A stretch of DNA of 64,000 nucleotides from Azolla caroliniana. Its lineage: Eukaryota > Plantae > Polypodiophyta. The stretch spans positions 11,532,001 through 11,596,000 of the forward strand of contig JBHGNT010000016.1 of the NCBI GenBank assembly GCA_043228905.1, given 5' to 3'. Position 1 is the first letter of the stretch. The number at the start of each line of letters is the position of its first letter. Of this stretch, positions 48,335 through 60,199 are shown in pieces. Below the pieces are notes generated by a model. That model was given only the letters and a program-made list of their open reading frames with translations, was not told where the DNA came from and searched no databases. The translations under genes were made by a program, and so were the position numbers.

Positions 48335-49783
48335 GTTAGTGTAAGGGTGATAATGTACATTTGGAATTGTTGAAGGTTGACATTGTTGGGATCATTGGTG
48401 TCACGTCGTCATCGTCAAAATGTGTGTACAAGTGTCATCTCGTACATTGGCTTCCTCTTTTTGTTTGTTTGTTTTTTTCTTACCTATTGTTTTTAAATGA
48501 GTAAATTACTTTAATGTACATATGTGTTCGGTATTTTTAGGTAAGTACATATGTAGCTAGCTAATTATGACAATTCTTATTGTTATTAGTATGATCATTT
48601 ATTATTATGGGTGGTTGATCGTCTATTTCTATATGTAAATTTATCTATCAATGGGTTTTTTTACTTATAGGTTTCTATATACATATTTGTTATTACATAC
48701 ATAAATAGTTACTTATTATGATTTTTTTAATGATTATTATCGGTCTTTTATGTTTATTATTAATTATTAGTTATTGATATGTGGCTAGTCTATTTAGTCT
48801 CTATTTTTGTAGTTATCATTAGATATGTGTATATATAGGGTTGATGAGTAAAGGGCTCAAGTGAGTTTGTTGGGGTTGTGGAGATGAGGTTTCATGGTGG
48901 GAGGTGGGGCATATTGGTTAGAGAAATAACATACTTGTGAATGAGAAGGTGATTGACAATGAATGGACATGTAATGAATTGAGAAGACAAGAAGGCATGA
49001 AGGAAATATGGGAAGGGAAAGTGAGGATAGAGAAGAAATGTGGGGGGACAAAAGAGTTTAAACAAGAAGTGAGACATAGGGAGGCAAAGAAGGAAAATTA
49101 GACCAAGAAAAATAGGGTAAAAAAAGTAAAAAGAAAAACATGAATAAAAAAGGTAAAAAAAAAACAGGGAAATGGGACAAACCAACAATGACAAAGGAAA
49201 CTAGCTACAACTACAACAAAAGCGTGAATAAAAAGGGGACATGGGACAAACTAGCCATGCCAAAGGAAACTAACTACATTAAACATACTACAAAACTAAC
49301 TAGAGAACTATGGATAGGAGAAGAAAAGGTATAGAAAGAAAACTAAAACAACAAAATTGTTTATATACATATCAAGGGGTAATTTGAGACCTATATGAGC
49401 TACCATCTTCTTAAGGCCGTCAAAACCTCAATCACTGAGATATTATTGATCGTAATATGAATAATAACCTCAAATAAATGTCGGTGATTGTTCTCAACAT
49501 TTCAAGAATATTTTTGGTTCAATGTGTGTGAGGGTTAGTGTAAGCGTGATAATGTAAGCGTGATAATGTGCATTTGGGATTGTTGAGGGTTGACATTGTC
49601 GGGATGATTGGTGGACATCATGTTGTCGTTGTCAATGTGTGTGTGCAAGTGTCATACATTAGCTTCCTCTTTTTGTTTGGTTGTGTTTTTTCTTTCCGAT
49701 TGTTTTTCAATGAGTAAATTACTTTATGTATATGTTTGGCATTTTTAGGTAAGTACGTATGTAACTAGTTATCTATTATGACA
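48335..49783. repeat. Diverged ~240-bp direct repeat pair (48335-48572 and 49534-49783)
   Basis: Both copies read GTTAGTGTAAG.GTGATAATGT...GGTTGACATTGT...GCTTCCTCTTTT...TGAGTAAATTACTTT...TTTTTAGGTAAGTAC...ATTATGACAA. Confidence 0.8.
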
Positions 49784-50311
49784 AGTTTATTTCTTTTTTT
49801 TTTCCTAAAAAAGGAGCTACTTTCCCATTAGTTAGGAGATATTTTTACAGAAAGACTATACAAGATGGCTTATATATAAATCGGGGAATCACCCCTTGAC
49901 CAAGTTCAAGAATATGAGACTACCTACATATCCTCTGGACCTACTTTCTACTTAATGTAAGTAGGTACTCAGAGCTATAAACTAGTGGCAAACATTGTTG
50001 GCCATCAGACAATCAATCCTCTGGCCTTCAACGAAGGGAGAGTGGGAGGTGAGTAGTAAATAGCCAACGTGGGGTTTGGTAGTTCAACCTCGGGTCATTT
50101 CCTCCTTGCATCACCATCAGCTTGTGTTATAGATTGAGGTCGTCAGTGTGGAAACAAGAACACCATCATGAGATGAAGAACACCACGTCGATGATGAAAG
50201 AATCAAATGAACAAATTAGAAATAGAGACAACTTAACAAAGATCAAGAGACAAAGTATGAGAGAGAGACCGAGAGGCACACAAGAGTAATTTTATTATTC
50301 AACAAAGTTAC

Positions 50312-51912
50312 TGTTAGTTAGGAAACAGTTCCCTCCGCATGGGAAGGAGAGTGCGAGTCGGAGAGAAGAGTAAGTTGATTTGGTTGACAGCAACTCGGCC
50401 AAGGTCGAAAAATGGACCGATTCCCAATTTGGTGGAGGCTAAAAATCGAATAATAATCGATTCGACTAATAGACGATTCAAGGCTATATTTGTAAATAGT
50501 CTCAATGTCCCCTTAGTGGGCTATATTTGTAAATAGCCTAAATTGTGTATGAGTATACATACACTTAGGGCAAAACATTATAGCAGTAATTGTCATTGAA
50601 ACTAAGAAAGAGTAAGAAAGAGAGAGAGAGAGAGTGAGTGAGAGTGAGTGAGAGTGAGTGTAACTGTCGATTTGATGAGGAAGAACTCAAGGTCATTGCC
50701 TTGTAGTTTCTTATTATATACCTTACTCATATAGTGATTTCTTTGGAGTTTTTGCACTCTTGTAGTTTTTCCCTATCAAGGTTTCCATGTTAAAAATATC
50801 TGTGTCTCTATACTTTCATTTTTTGTTTTTTTTGTCATTTCGATCTTTGCACCCATGTATGCAAGTGTATCAACCGGTTGTGGCTGGTAGTATCCTCAAC
50901 AAATTGGTATCAAAGCGAGATGGACAAACATCTTGGTGGAATGTTTAAGTTAACCGGCTCCAACTAATCTATGTGGAAGTCGAAGATGTGAGATATGTTG
51001 GTGTGCAGAGACCTCTGGCTACCAGTGCAGTTCGGAGATGATAAACCAGACAAGATTGATGCATCAACCTTGGAGGTGCTGCTGATTATCGAGCAAAATG
51101 AAGTGAACCTTGTTAGCGACAAAACGATGTGGGTGGTCAACTCTAGAGCATTCTTCCACTTAACCCCCGACCGGAAATGGTTCTCATCATACAAAGCCGA
51201 AGACCATGGTTTTGTGAAGATGGGGAATGAAGGAACATGCCGAATTGTCAGTATTGGAGATGTGTGCTTGTTAACTTCAACCAGGTGCAGATTGGTGTTT
51301 AAGAATGTGCCACACATTCCAAAGGTTGGATTGAATCTGATATCAACTAGTGGGCTAGATGATGAAAGCAACATGGGTGGCTTCTAGAACGACGCTCTAA
51401 AGTTCTGCAAGGGAAACCTGATCGTGGCCCGAGCTCAAAAAACAAACACATTGTATCTAATGCATCCTCGACTATGCTAGGAGGATGCAAACGTGGTAGT
51501 TGGCATAACAGGTGGGTTGTGGCATAAGCGACTGTGCCACATGAGTGAGAAGGGGATGTAGAAGCTTGCCGAGGATAACCTCATTCTAGAGGTGAAGAAT
51601 GTGCAACTTGATAAGTGCACCGATTGTTTGGCCAACAAGTAGAACAAAACCTCCTTCTGATCAAGACCCCCAATGAGAAAGAAGGCCACATTGGAACTCG
51701 TGCACATGGATGTATTCTACGTGGATACAAAGTCACATACTTTGTGACCTTCATTGATGACTGCCGCCGGGAGTTGTGGGCCTCTGTATTGAAGACCAAG
51801 GACCAGGTGATGTCGGTCTTCAAGGAGTTCTAAGCGAGGGCAGAAAGAGAGACTGGTCAGAAGTTGAAAGGTGTTCAAGTAGATAACAGAGGTGAATACT
51901 GAGGGCAATTCA
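50312..51912 (+). mobile_element. Internally deleted copia (5' LTR 50312-50901)
   Basis: PBS TGGTATCAAAGC at 50905. The gag start is fused directly to the protease region (most of gag deleted), then the integrase N-terminus. Confidence 0.85.
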
Positions 51913-53518
51913 TGTTGAGAATTAGGTCCCTTACGAATGGGCTGACTTCAGGATAAAGGAAAATGCTACACCTATTTGGAAAGTGAATGAAGTCCGGATG
52001 AGTATTCGGAAAATGTAAATATGTTTTTTGAGTCGATCCTATTTAGGCTAGTTATGTAAATAGCTAGAAAGTTATCTAAGTATAATGATAACATTAGGCC
52101 AGATAGTTAGTTGTCTTGTAGAGAGAGCTATCAATGTAACTGTGTATGCGACGTGCGAGGTCATTGCCTCTGCAGTAGAACAAACGAAGTGTGAGAGAGT
52201 GAGAGAGATACCGAGAGTGTCCCTATTGTAAGCGCCTGTTGGTTAAGTGTGCGAACTCTGGGTCAGTGCCTATGAGTTCATCTTGTATCTTTCCTCTCAT
52301 AGTGAATTTGTTTGGTGTCTATGGGCACCCATGGTTTTTTACCCGATTTGGGGTTTTCCACGTTAATACCTTGTGTACTTTCATTTCTGTTCTCTATGTA
52401 TTTGCATGTTCCCTAATCCGCATTTGACTCGGTGGTGGCCGAGTTCCTATTTTTTCTATCAACTGGTATCAGAGCACAAGAAAATGGAAGATTCATTTGG
52501 GGGTATGTTAAAGCTAGCTGGCTCCAACTACTCAGTATGGAAGTTGAAGATGAGAGACATGTTGGTGATCAAGATCTCTGGCTATCGGTACAGTTTGGAG
52601 ACAAAAGACCAGACAAAATTGATGCATCAACATGGGGGGTAATGCACATGAAGACAACTGCATACATAAGATGCTTTATCAGCATGAGCTTGTACAACAA
52701 CTTCAATGAGGAGAACAAGGTTCACTTCCTTTGGGAGAAGATTGACATCATGCTAGAAAACAAGAATGTCATGAATCGAGTCTTAGTATTACGGAAAATA
52801 GTGAGACTCAGGTATCAGGATGGCGCTAGTATGGCAGACGAGGTACTGACATTGTTGTTGCTTGGATCCCTTCTGGATAGCTGGGAAATGTTGGTCGTCA
52901 CACTGGGCAACGCCAGACCGGAAGGGAAGCACTTATTCCTAGCAAGAGTAAAATCGAGCTTGCTGAATGAGGAAGCTCGTTGGAAAGACAAGGAGGCAAT
53001 TTCTGACCAAAAGGCCCTAGTCACAGGAAGTGATACACATAGAGGGAGATTCCGCAATCAGAGTCCCTAGAACTTAGAGAAGTCGGGGACGAGGTCCAAG
53101 TCGAGAGGAAGGCCCACATGCTTTTACTATGGAAAGCCGGGACACTTCCAAAAGAATTGCTAACACTTTCGAAAGGAGAAAGGGGGAGCCGACAAAGTCG
53201 ATATAAAGAAGAGTTCAGATTGAAAAGGAACGTCGACAATTGCGACAAGTGAAGTGGAATTGTTGCTCATCAGTGAGCAAAACGAAGTGAGCCTATTCAA
53301 AGAAGAGTTCAAACTGAAAAGGAACATCGACAATTGCGACAAGTGAAGTGGAATTGTTGCTCATCAGTGAGCAAAACGAAGTGAACCTTGTTGACGATGA
53401 ATCAACATGGGTGGTCGATTCAGGAGCGTCGTTCCCTCTAACCCCCAACAGAAAGTGCTTCTCATCCTACAAGGCGGGAGACCACAATCTTGTAAGGATT
53501 GGAAATGAAGGTGCATGC
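51913..53518 (+). mobile_element. Copia of the same family nested in the previous copy (5' LTR 51913-52461), truncated after the protease
   Basis: PBS TGGTATCAGAGC at 52464; gag MEDSFGGMLKLAGSNYSVWK; WVVDSGAS; ~94-bp tandem duplication at 53206-53385. Confidence 0.85.
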
Positions 53519-55460
53519 GACAAACATATGCAAAACAAGCAATATGATATGTATGTTGGCATGCTCGTAGGTATACCAACATAGTAGCAGTTGTGTCTTC
53601 AATGGCTAAGCCGCAAGTGATGCAACATGCTTGAACAATCAATCTATTGTTGCCTGGTTCTACTACTTTTGGTAAGGCAACAAGAATGTTGAGGTTGAAT
53701 TCTTGCCTACACCTTACCATCCCCTCCACAAATTCTAGTTGCTCTTAAGGCCGATAACTACCTGTTCTTGATTTGTGTATTGTTCCTAGAACGTAGGAAA
53801 ACATTTTACCGATTTATCATTCCTAGAATGCAGAAGAATGAAAAACAAGAAACATGAATCATTAACTTACTTGGAGGTTTGGAACATCGTTATCAGCGAC
53901 AAGATTGACCTCTAGTAGATCCAGGTTCATTGTAGGAACCTGAATCTCCGTGTGTATTTGTATTATCCGCTTGGGATCAAGCAGCCCCTCAGTATCGAGC
54001 TCATGTTGAGCAACCTGATCCAGAGAAGGCCTCATTGAGCACATTTGCATGTACAAGTTATTTATAACATATTAACAAAAAAATTGCTACCTCAATCTTG
54101 CTCTGTATAGTTGTTACTGCCTTGCTGACCTTGCTTTCCATGGCAACAACCAATGTTGCTTTCTCTAAGGTAGCCTTTGCTGCTTCCAATGTCTCACAAG
54201 CATCATGAACATTTTTTAGCTTGGAATGAACCAATGTCTCCCCTGTATCATTGACATTGGTTTTCTTGTTATGTTTGTGGGGTGTTTCCCTCTATATTTG
54301 TTGAGAGTCAGCAGTTGCATCATCAACTACCATGCTCCAGAATCTTGCCATCTTCTGTTGCAAGTTCCCCATCTTGTGGCAATGTTCTCTCGATGCCTCG
54401 CAACAACCCATGCTACCCTATACATTTTAGGGTTAGTTGCTTCCTTCGCTATTTGGCAATTCTCGTAGACGAATGCTTTAGCAAATGCAACTGACAACTC
54501 GTTGTTCATAGGGATCTCTTGATGTACTTTTTAGTGAAGCCTCATGCAGTCCTCATACAACTCCGAACGCACATGCTTTAGCTTGACCATACCTTTAACT
54601 TTGGGTACTTTATAGACTGGCAACCATTCTATATCACTAATCAATTTGTCTATTAAGCATTGCAAGGTCAATACCCTCCAGTGAAAGACCATATACCTGG
54701 TTGAAATCCTCCTTTGTCTTGCAGATCTTTGCAAAGTTTAGCACCCTAGGATAGGGAGGAACAAGCCACCTGAAATCAAAAATCAATAAATGTTACCTCT
54801 ATTGGGACATGTGTATTTAGAATCATAATTAGAATGGAAGAATCAAGAATAAAAAATCAAGCACATGCATCAAAAACCAAAATTGAGTTTGGAGGAAATT
54901 TATAGACAAACATACATTGTAATAAAAAATGGGTATTGATGTAAAATTTCAACTCTAATCAGAAATGTGTATGAAATCAACCCTAATTCCGAGATTTTCA
55001 ACCCTAATCAGAAATGTGTACCAAATCAACCCTAATTAGAATTTTTCACAATCTAATTCTATGTATGTCAAGCCCTAATCATAAATTTTCAACCCTAATA
55101 AAAAATGTGTATGAAATCCACCCTAATCAGAAATTTTGACAATTTGATTCTATGAACCCTAATCGCGATGATTATAGAAATGTCTAAAAACGCACTTGCT
55201 AGACCCCGATTTTCATGACATCCTTGTTTGTGACTCCAACGACTTCGCCCTAATCAATTACAATAAAAGACATTGATGCAAGACAATTACAATAAAGGGG
55301 AAAAAATAGGATATATAAAAGCATGTAATTTGTAGTTGATGCATACCTTGACGAGGAGAGAATTGGTGACATGCTGGTGGTCTGAAGGTGGAATGTCGAT
55401 ATCAAAGATTTTGTGCTGTTGTGGGAGCTTTGTCTACGTTCGTGATCAGAGTGCTCCATC
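53519..55460 (-). pseudogene. Decayed multi-exon gene fragment with a RING-H2-like motif
   Basis: CITC...CQHTYHIAC...C at ~53630-53520; GTAAGT donor at ~53870; AACCCTAAT-rich intron-like stretch at 54950-55170. Confidence 0.4.
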
Positions 55461-56427
55461 TATTTGAATTTCGAACTAAACCGCACGATTAGCAGGACTT
55501 TGGTGACATTAAAGTCGAGTCTAGATGAAGGCATTGTTCCCCATGTTCCACTACGTTAGAAACCCAAGTTCAAATTTTTGAGTATTCCCATATTACCTAT
55601 TCACCATAATAAATGACATATATTTAATTAATAAAGCAAAAAAATTTCGTGAATGATCCTTAAGATTTGCCCACAAAAATATAACTAAACAAATAATTAA
55701 ATAGCTATGGCCATTTTACCTACATGTTAGCTATAATAGTGTTTCCATTCCCATGGTTTCACCCTGTAACACATCTAGAAGCTCAATACCAAACTCGTTG
55801 CTACTTCCAAGGAATTAGAACATTTCGTGGCACTATCAGTGAGCTTTTTGCAAGCTCTTGAGGCAAGATATCTTGTTAAGAGATATTAAGAAGCCACAAT
55901 AAAGAAAGAGGGTGTTGAGGGCATCCCAATCACTCTTAAACCACTAATGGTCATGTTAATTACCTTGAGGAACCTCTCCCCACTTTCTTATAATGTTAAT
56001 TTAATTAATAAAAACGTTGGTTGAACATAAAGACGTAGGGTTTAGGGTTTGAAACACATTAAAGTAAATGAGATCTAATTAAGAAACAACCATGCACTTC
56101 GAAGTTTGATTAATCAAGTTAACATTAACATAATATTAGTAATATTAGTGCAAGGTTTAGAATTAACCATTGATAGAGATGTAGAGACGCTTCGATAAAT
56201 AAGAAGTGATAGAAAGCCTCATGATAACTTGTAAACATCTTGTACAAAGTTAAGGATACATTTCTAAGTGCTAATCTATATCTTTATACAATGTATCCTT
56301 TGCATTTATACCAATGTTTATGAACAAATGCCACAAAGTGAAGTGTACGACAAGTGCTTACGCTGATATGTAAGGTAATCCTTTTGAATTCGATCAATTG
56401 AATTGTGTGCAAGAAAGGGTTGTGTTT

Positions 56428-57660
56428 TGAAGACACCTGCATTATTGTCGACATCAGAGATGTGTGCTGGATAACGTTGACTAGTACTAAACGATGACCG
56501 ACATGTTCCGGAGGTCTGACTAAACCTGATATCAACCGGATGGCTGGATGACGAAGGCTACATGGGTAGCATCTAGAACGGAGTTATGAAGTACCTAGTG
56601 CATGCCTGGATATGTCGGGAGGAAGCAAATGTGACAGTCGAAGCCGTCTTTGTCGGCAAGTTGTGGCACAAGAGGTTGTGGCACATGAGCCAAAAGGGGA
56701 TGCGAAGACTTGCCGAAGAAGACCTCATTCCGGAGGTAAAGAAACTGCAACTTGAGAAGTGCACAGATTGCTTGTTCGGCAATTAGAACAAAACCTCTTT
56801 CCGGTCTAGACCACCCATGAGATGGAAGGCACCGCTTGAACTTGTGCACATCAATGTATGCTCCATGGATATGAAGTCACATGCCGGGTCATAGTACTTC
56901 GTGACTTTCATAGATGACCACAATCAGAAGTTGTGGGTTTCCACGCTGAAGTCGAAGGACCAGGTATTGTCCATCTTCAAGGAGCTTCATGCGAGAGTAG
57001 AAAGAGAAACTGGCCGGAAGCTGAAAGCAGTTCAGGCGGACAACGGAGGCGAATACCGAGGCAGTTTGAGGAGTATTGTCAGGCTAACCAAGAGAATGAA
57101 CCAGGCCATAATGGAGAGGGTCCGAAGTATGTTGGCACATGCAAAACTATCCAAGACGTTCTAGGCTGAGGCGTTGATGACAATGGTGTACATGATAAAT
57201 AGATCACCCTCAACACCTTTGGATGGAGACTTCCCACAAAGAGTGTGGTCTGGCAAAGATGTGTCATATCGACACCTGAAGGTGTTCGGCTGTCTTGCTT
57301 ACATGAATGTGGCTAAGGAACAAAGGGGAAACCTAGATCCAAAATCTCGGCCATGCATATTTCTCGGCTACGGAGATGATGAATTCGGCTACCGACTATG
57401 GGACTTAGTTAGCAAGAAGATTGTTTAGAGCCAAGACATAGTCTTCATGGAAGAGAAGACTATTGTCGACTGGAGTCGGAGAAGAACATGTCCTCCCAAA
57501 CAGTCGACTAAAAAATATTGAGAACCGATCAAATTCGGACAAGGAGTAGGGTCTGTTGTAGGCCAGTCAGGTGTCGGAGTTGGATCTAATGAAGACGAAG
57601 ATATAGCCGACTCAAACCTAGATGAAGAACCAGTCGAAGAAGAAGAAGAAGAAGAACAGG
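56428..57660 (+). mobile_element. Copia integrase fragment (same family as 60200)
   Basis: LWHKRLWHMSQKG, ADNGGEY, HLKVFGCLAY, CIFLGYG. Confidence 0.85.
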
Positions 57661-58925
57661 CTTGGAGATGGTGGTGGTTTAGGGTTCTCAAGAGGGGGAA
57701 GGGGGGTTTCGACCTCTAGGGTGTCGATGGGTGGTGGGTTGTTGCTGGCTAGTTTACGGGGTCGAGATTGCAGGGTGTTGTCGGTAGGCATGGGGGATGG
57801 TGGTTGGGTGGTCGTGCAAGGGGAGGCTGGCGGGGTTTCACTGAGGAGAGAGGTTGGCGAGGGTGGAAGGGGTAGGGCCACTAGGTTCCGCAGGTTGCGA
57901 AGGATCAATTTGGTGGTGCAACTGCGAGTACAAGGGGTCGTGGTTGTGGTCTGATGGGACACGTAGTAGAATGTGGTAGACAATTCCTGGATTTCCGCGG
58001 GGGTGAATTTACTTGTGTGGAATTCTTTTACGCGATGGGTGATATTGTCAGGTTTATCGAGGGTATCCTTGGCCATCACATGGGTGCTTGTGTGCTGGTG
58101 GGCATTCACGTTCGCCTTGGTGGACTTGCCTTAAGAAGTCACGTTCTGGAATGCGGAGATGCTCGGGTTGACCTGGTACGATTATCTTGCGGTGTCGTTC
58201 TTGGTAGTGTATGTAAGGAGGTGCTAGAGGGCCGATGTTGAACTTTGCACATAGGTAACGAGTGAGGAACCATGCGAAATTGGCTACCAATTTGGGTCGT
58301 GTTTGCCATTCCCTAACCCATCGAACGAGTTCGTGGGCCCACTGGACCGGTTGAGGATCGTGTGCCCACTTGAGGAACTCACCAGTGACACGGGCAATGG
58401 CATCAGTGGAGGTGGTATCATCGATCTGGGCGATGGAGCTACAACGATCGTGGAGGTGAGGGGGGATTTCGGTGAAATGCCAACCTTCGCATCCGGAATA
58501 CTCCGTGTAGGCGGCGGGGATGATGTTGGGGACGAAGCTAGGGCCTTCGTGGGGCGGAAGGGAATGCTATCCACCGGCAAATGTAGCGTAGTGCAAACGT
58601 CGGCGACGTTGAACTGGAACTCAACAGGGGTAACATCCACAAAGGCGTGCATGCGAATGTGGCCGGTATCGGGGTTGTATCCTATGAGGAACTGGTTGAC
58701 CAGCTCGGGAAGTACACCTCAAGGGACAATCCCTAGGAAGAACTTGAGGCCTAGTCAGGAAAGGGTGTCGAAAACATTAGGCTCGAGGTACTTGAGTTGC
58801 GTGGCGGTAGTGGGTCCCAGGTAGGTACAACGGGTGTTGTTGAACTCTGCTTGAATTACCAAGGAGCCACAACCGGCGTCAGGGTAGTATGCCTGGAGGA
58901 GCTTGGTGAATGGGGTGGACGCCAT
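57660..58925 (-). pseudogene. Decayed transposon accessory ORF (Transposase_32 / plant-mobile-domain-like)
   Basis: ATG at 58925 is in frame with ORF 58284-58652 across two TGA stops: ...LPELVNQFLIGYNP...FQFNVADVCTTLHLP. Followed by Pro/Thr-rich low-complexity sequence. The family call is by eye. Confidence 0.45.
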
Positions 58926-59179
58926 CGATTATAACATGCTAGGACAAAGATTAATATAGCCGTATGAGGGTGTACCAATTCTTACACTCCCCTGCCCTTG
59001 TCTACACAGCAATACAACCGATGATATTGTATTTAGCTATTGATGTGAGTGACTTATTATGATGAGTTATAATTATTATAATTGAAAGTAGTATGAGGTG
59101 TTTTGAGGGATAATGATATTTATATTTATATTTTAAAGGGACTTACGGGTTAGTGTATAGGTTGTGTTTGGGCAATGGG

Positions 59180-59418
59180 GGCCTCTCTTCGGACTGGGGT
59201 GAGTGGTTCGAAGTTCTTCAAACCGGGAATGAGTGATTCGAAGAGTGTCTCTCTTCGAACCGGGGGTAGGGGGTTCGACGTTCTTCGAACCGGGAGTGAG
59301 TGGTTCGAAGAGTGTCTCTCTTCGAACTGGGGGAGGGGTTCGAAGAGTGTCTCTCTTCGAACCGGGGGCAGGGGTTCGAAGAGGACCTCTCTTCGAACTA
59401 GGGAGGGGTTCGAAGAGC
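59180..59418. repeat. Tandem array of ~7 palindromic units (~30-37 bp period)
   Basis: Unit GGTTCGAAGAG-tgtct-CTCTTCGAACC separated by G-rich linkers. Confidence 0.9.
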
Positions 59419-60199
59419 GACACGAAGGGAGGACTATGAGGAGGTATAGCTAGGCCGCGCGTGAAGCGGCCAGATGCAATCTCCGACGACAAGGGGGCGG
59501 TAGAAACGATGCGGTAGTCGTTGGCTGCCACAAAAGGTGGGTAGGTTTGTTGTGTTGGCGGGGGCCGAGTGAGAGAGAATAGGAAGAGAGAGAAAAAAAA
59601 AAGAGTTTTAGACCTACCCGAGGAGGAGGCGTTGGCAAGAAGCCATGCTTGGAAGGCGGGGAGGAGAGCATGAAACACAAAACGAGGGTAGAGTGCAACG
59701 CGAGATGGGCTGGAGCGCAATCATAGAGGGAGGAGTAAGAGCAGTAAGGGAGAAGAAAGAGTCGTGAGGGGGAAAGAGGAGTGAGGAAAGGAGGGAAAAG
59801 AAAGAGTCGTGAGGGAAAAAAAGAGAGAACCTAAAAATACCATGAAAAATAATATGTAAAAGAACGAGACGAACAAAAATAGATAAACTACGAGTAGAAA
59901 TAATCGGCCGGGGGGGCCCTAAAAATAAAGGGTAACTCTAATATTGTATATACTAATAAATATACCGAAAAAGAAAAAATTGCGGGCGGGGATGGTACGA
60001 GTAATGAATAAATAAATTATTGTCTAATGGGGACGGTAACAGAGGTTGGGGGAGAAGACGTGCTGAGTAGTTGATGAGCGAAGTGACATAAGGTATGGTG
60101 AGGGGTTAAAAAGGTGTGGGGTGGGCCAAGGTTTATGTGCGGGCGATAGAGTTGGACGGGAATCCACCGAGGGTTTTGTGAGAGTTTGGGAAATTTAAT

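Noticed and set aside
54950-56050. Interstitial telomere
   Set aside because: Only scattered AACCCTAAT motifs and about two TTTAGGG-like units; not an array.
59180-59418. CRISPR array or tRNA cluster
   Set aside because: Linkers are only ~8-10 nt and similar to each other. No cloverleaf or A-box is present.
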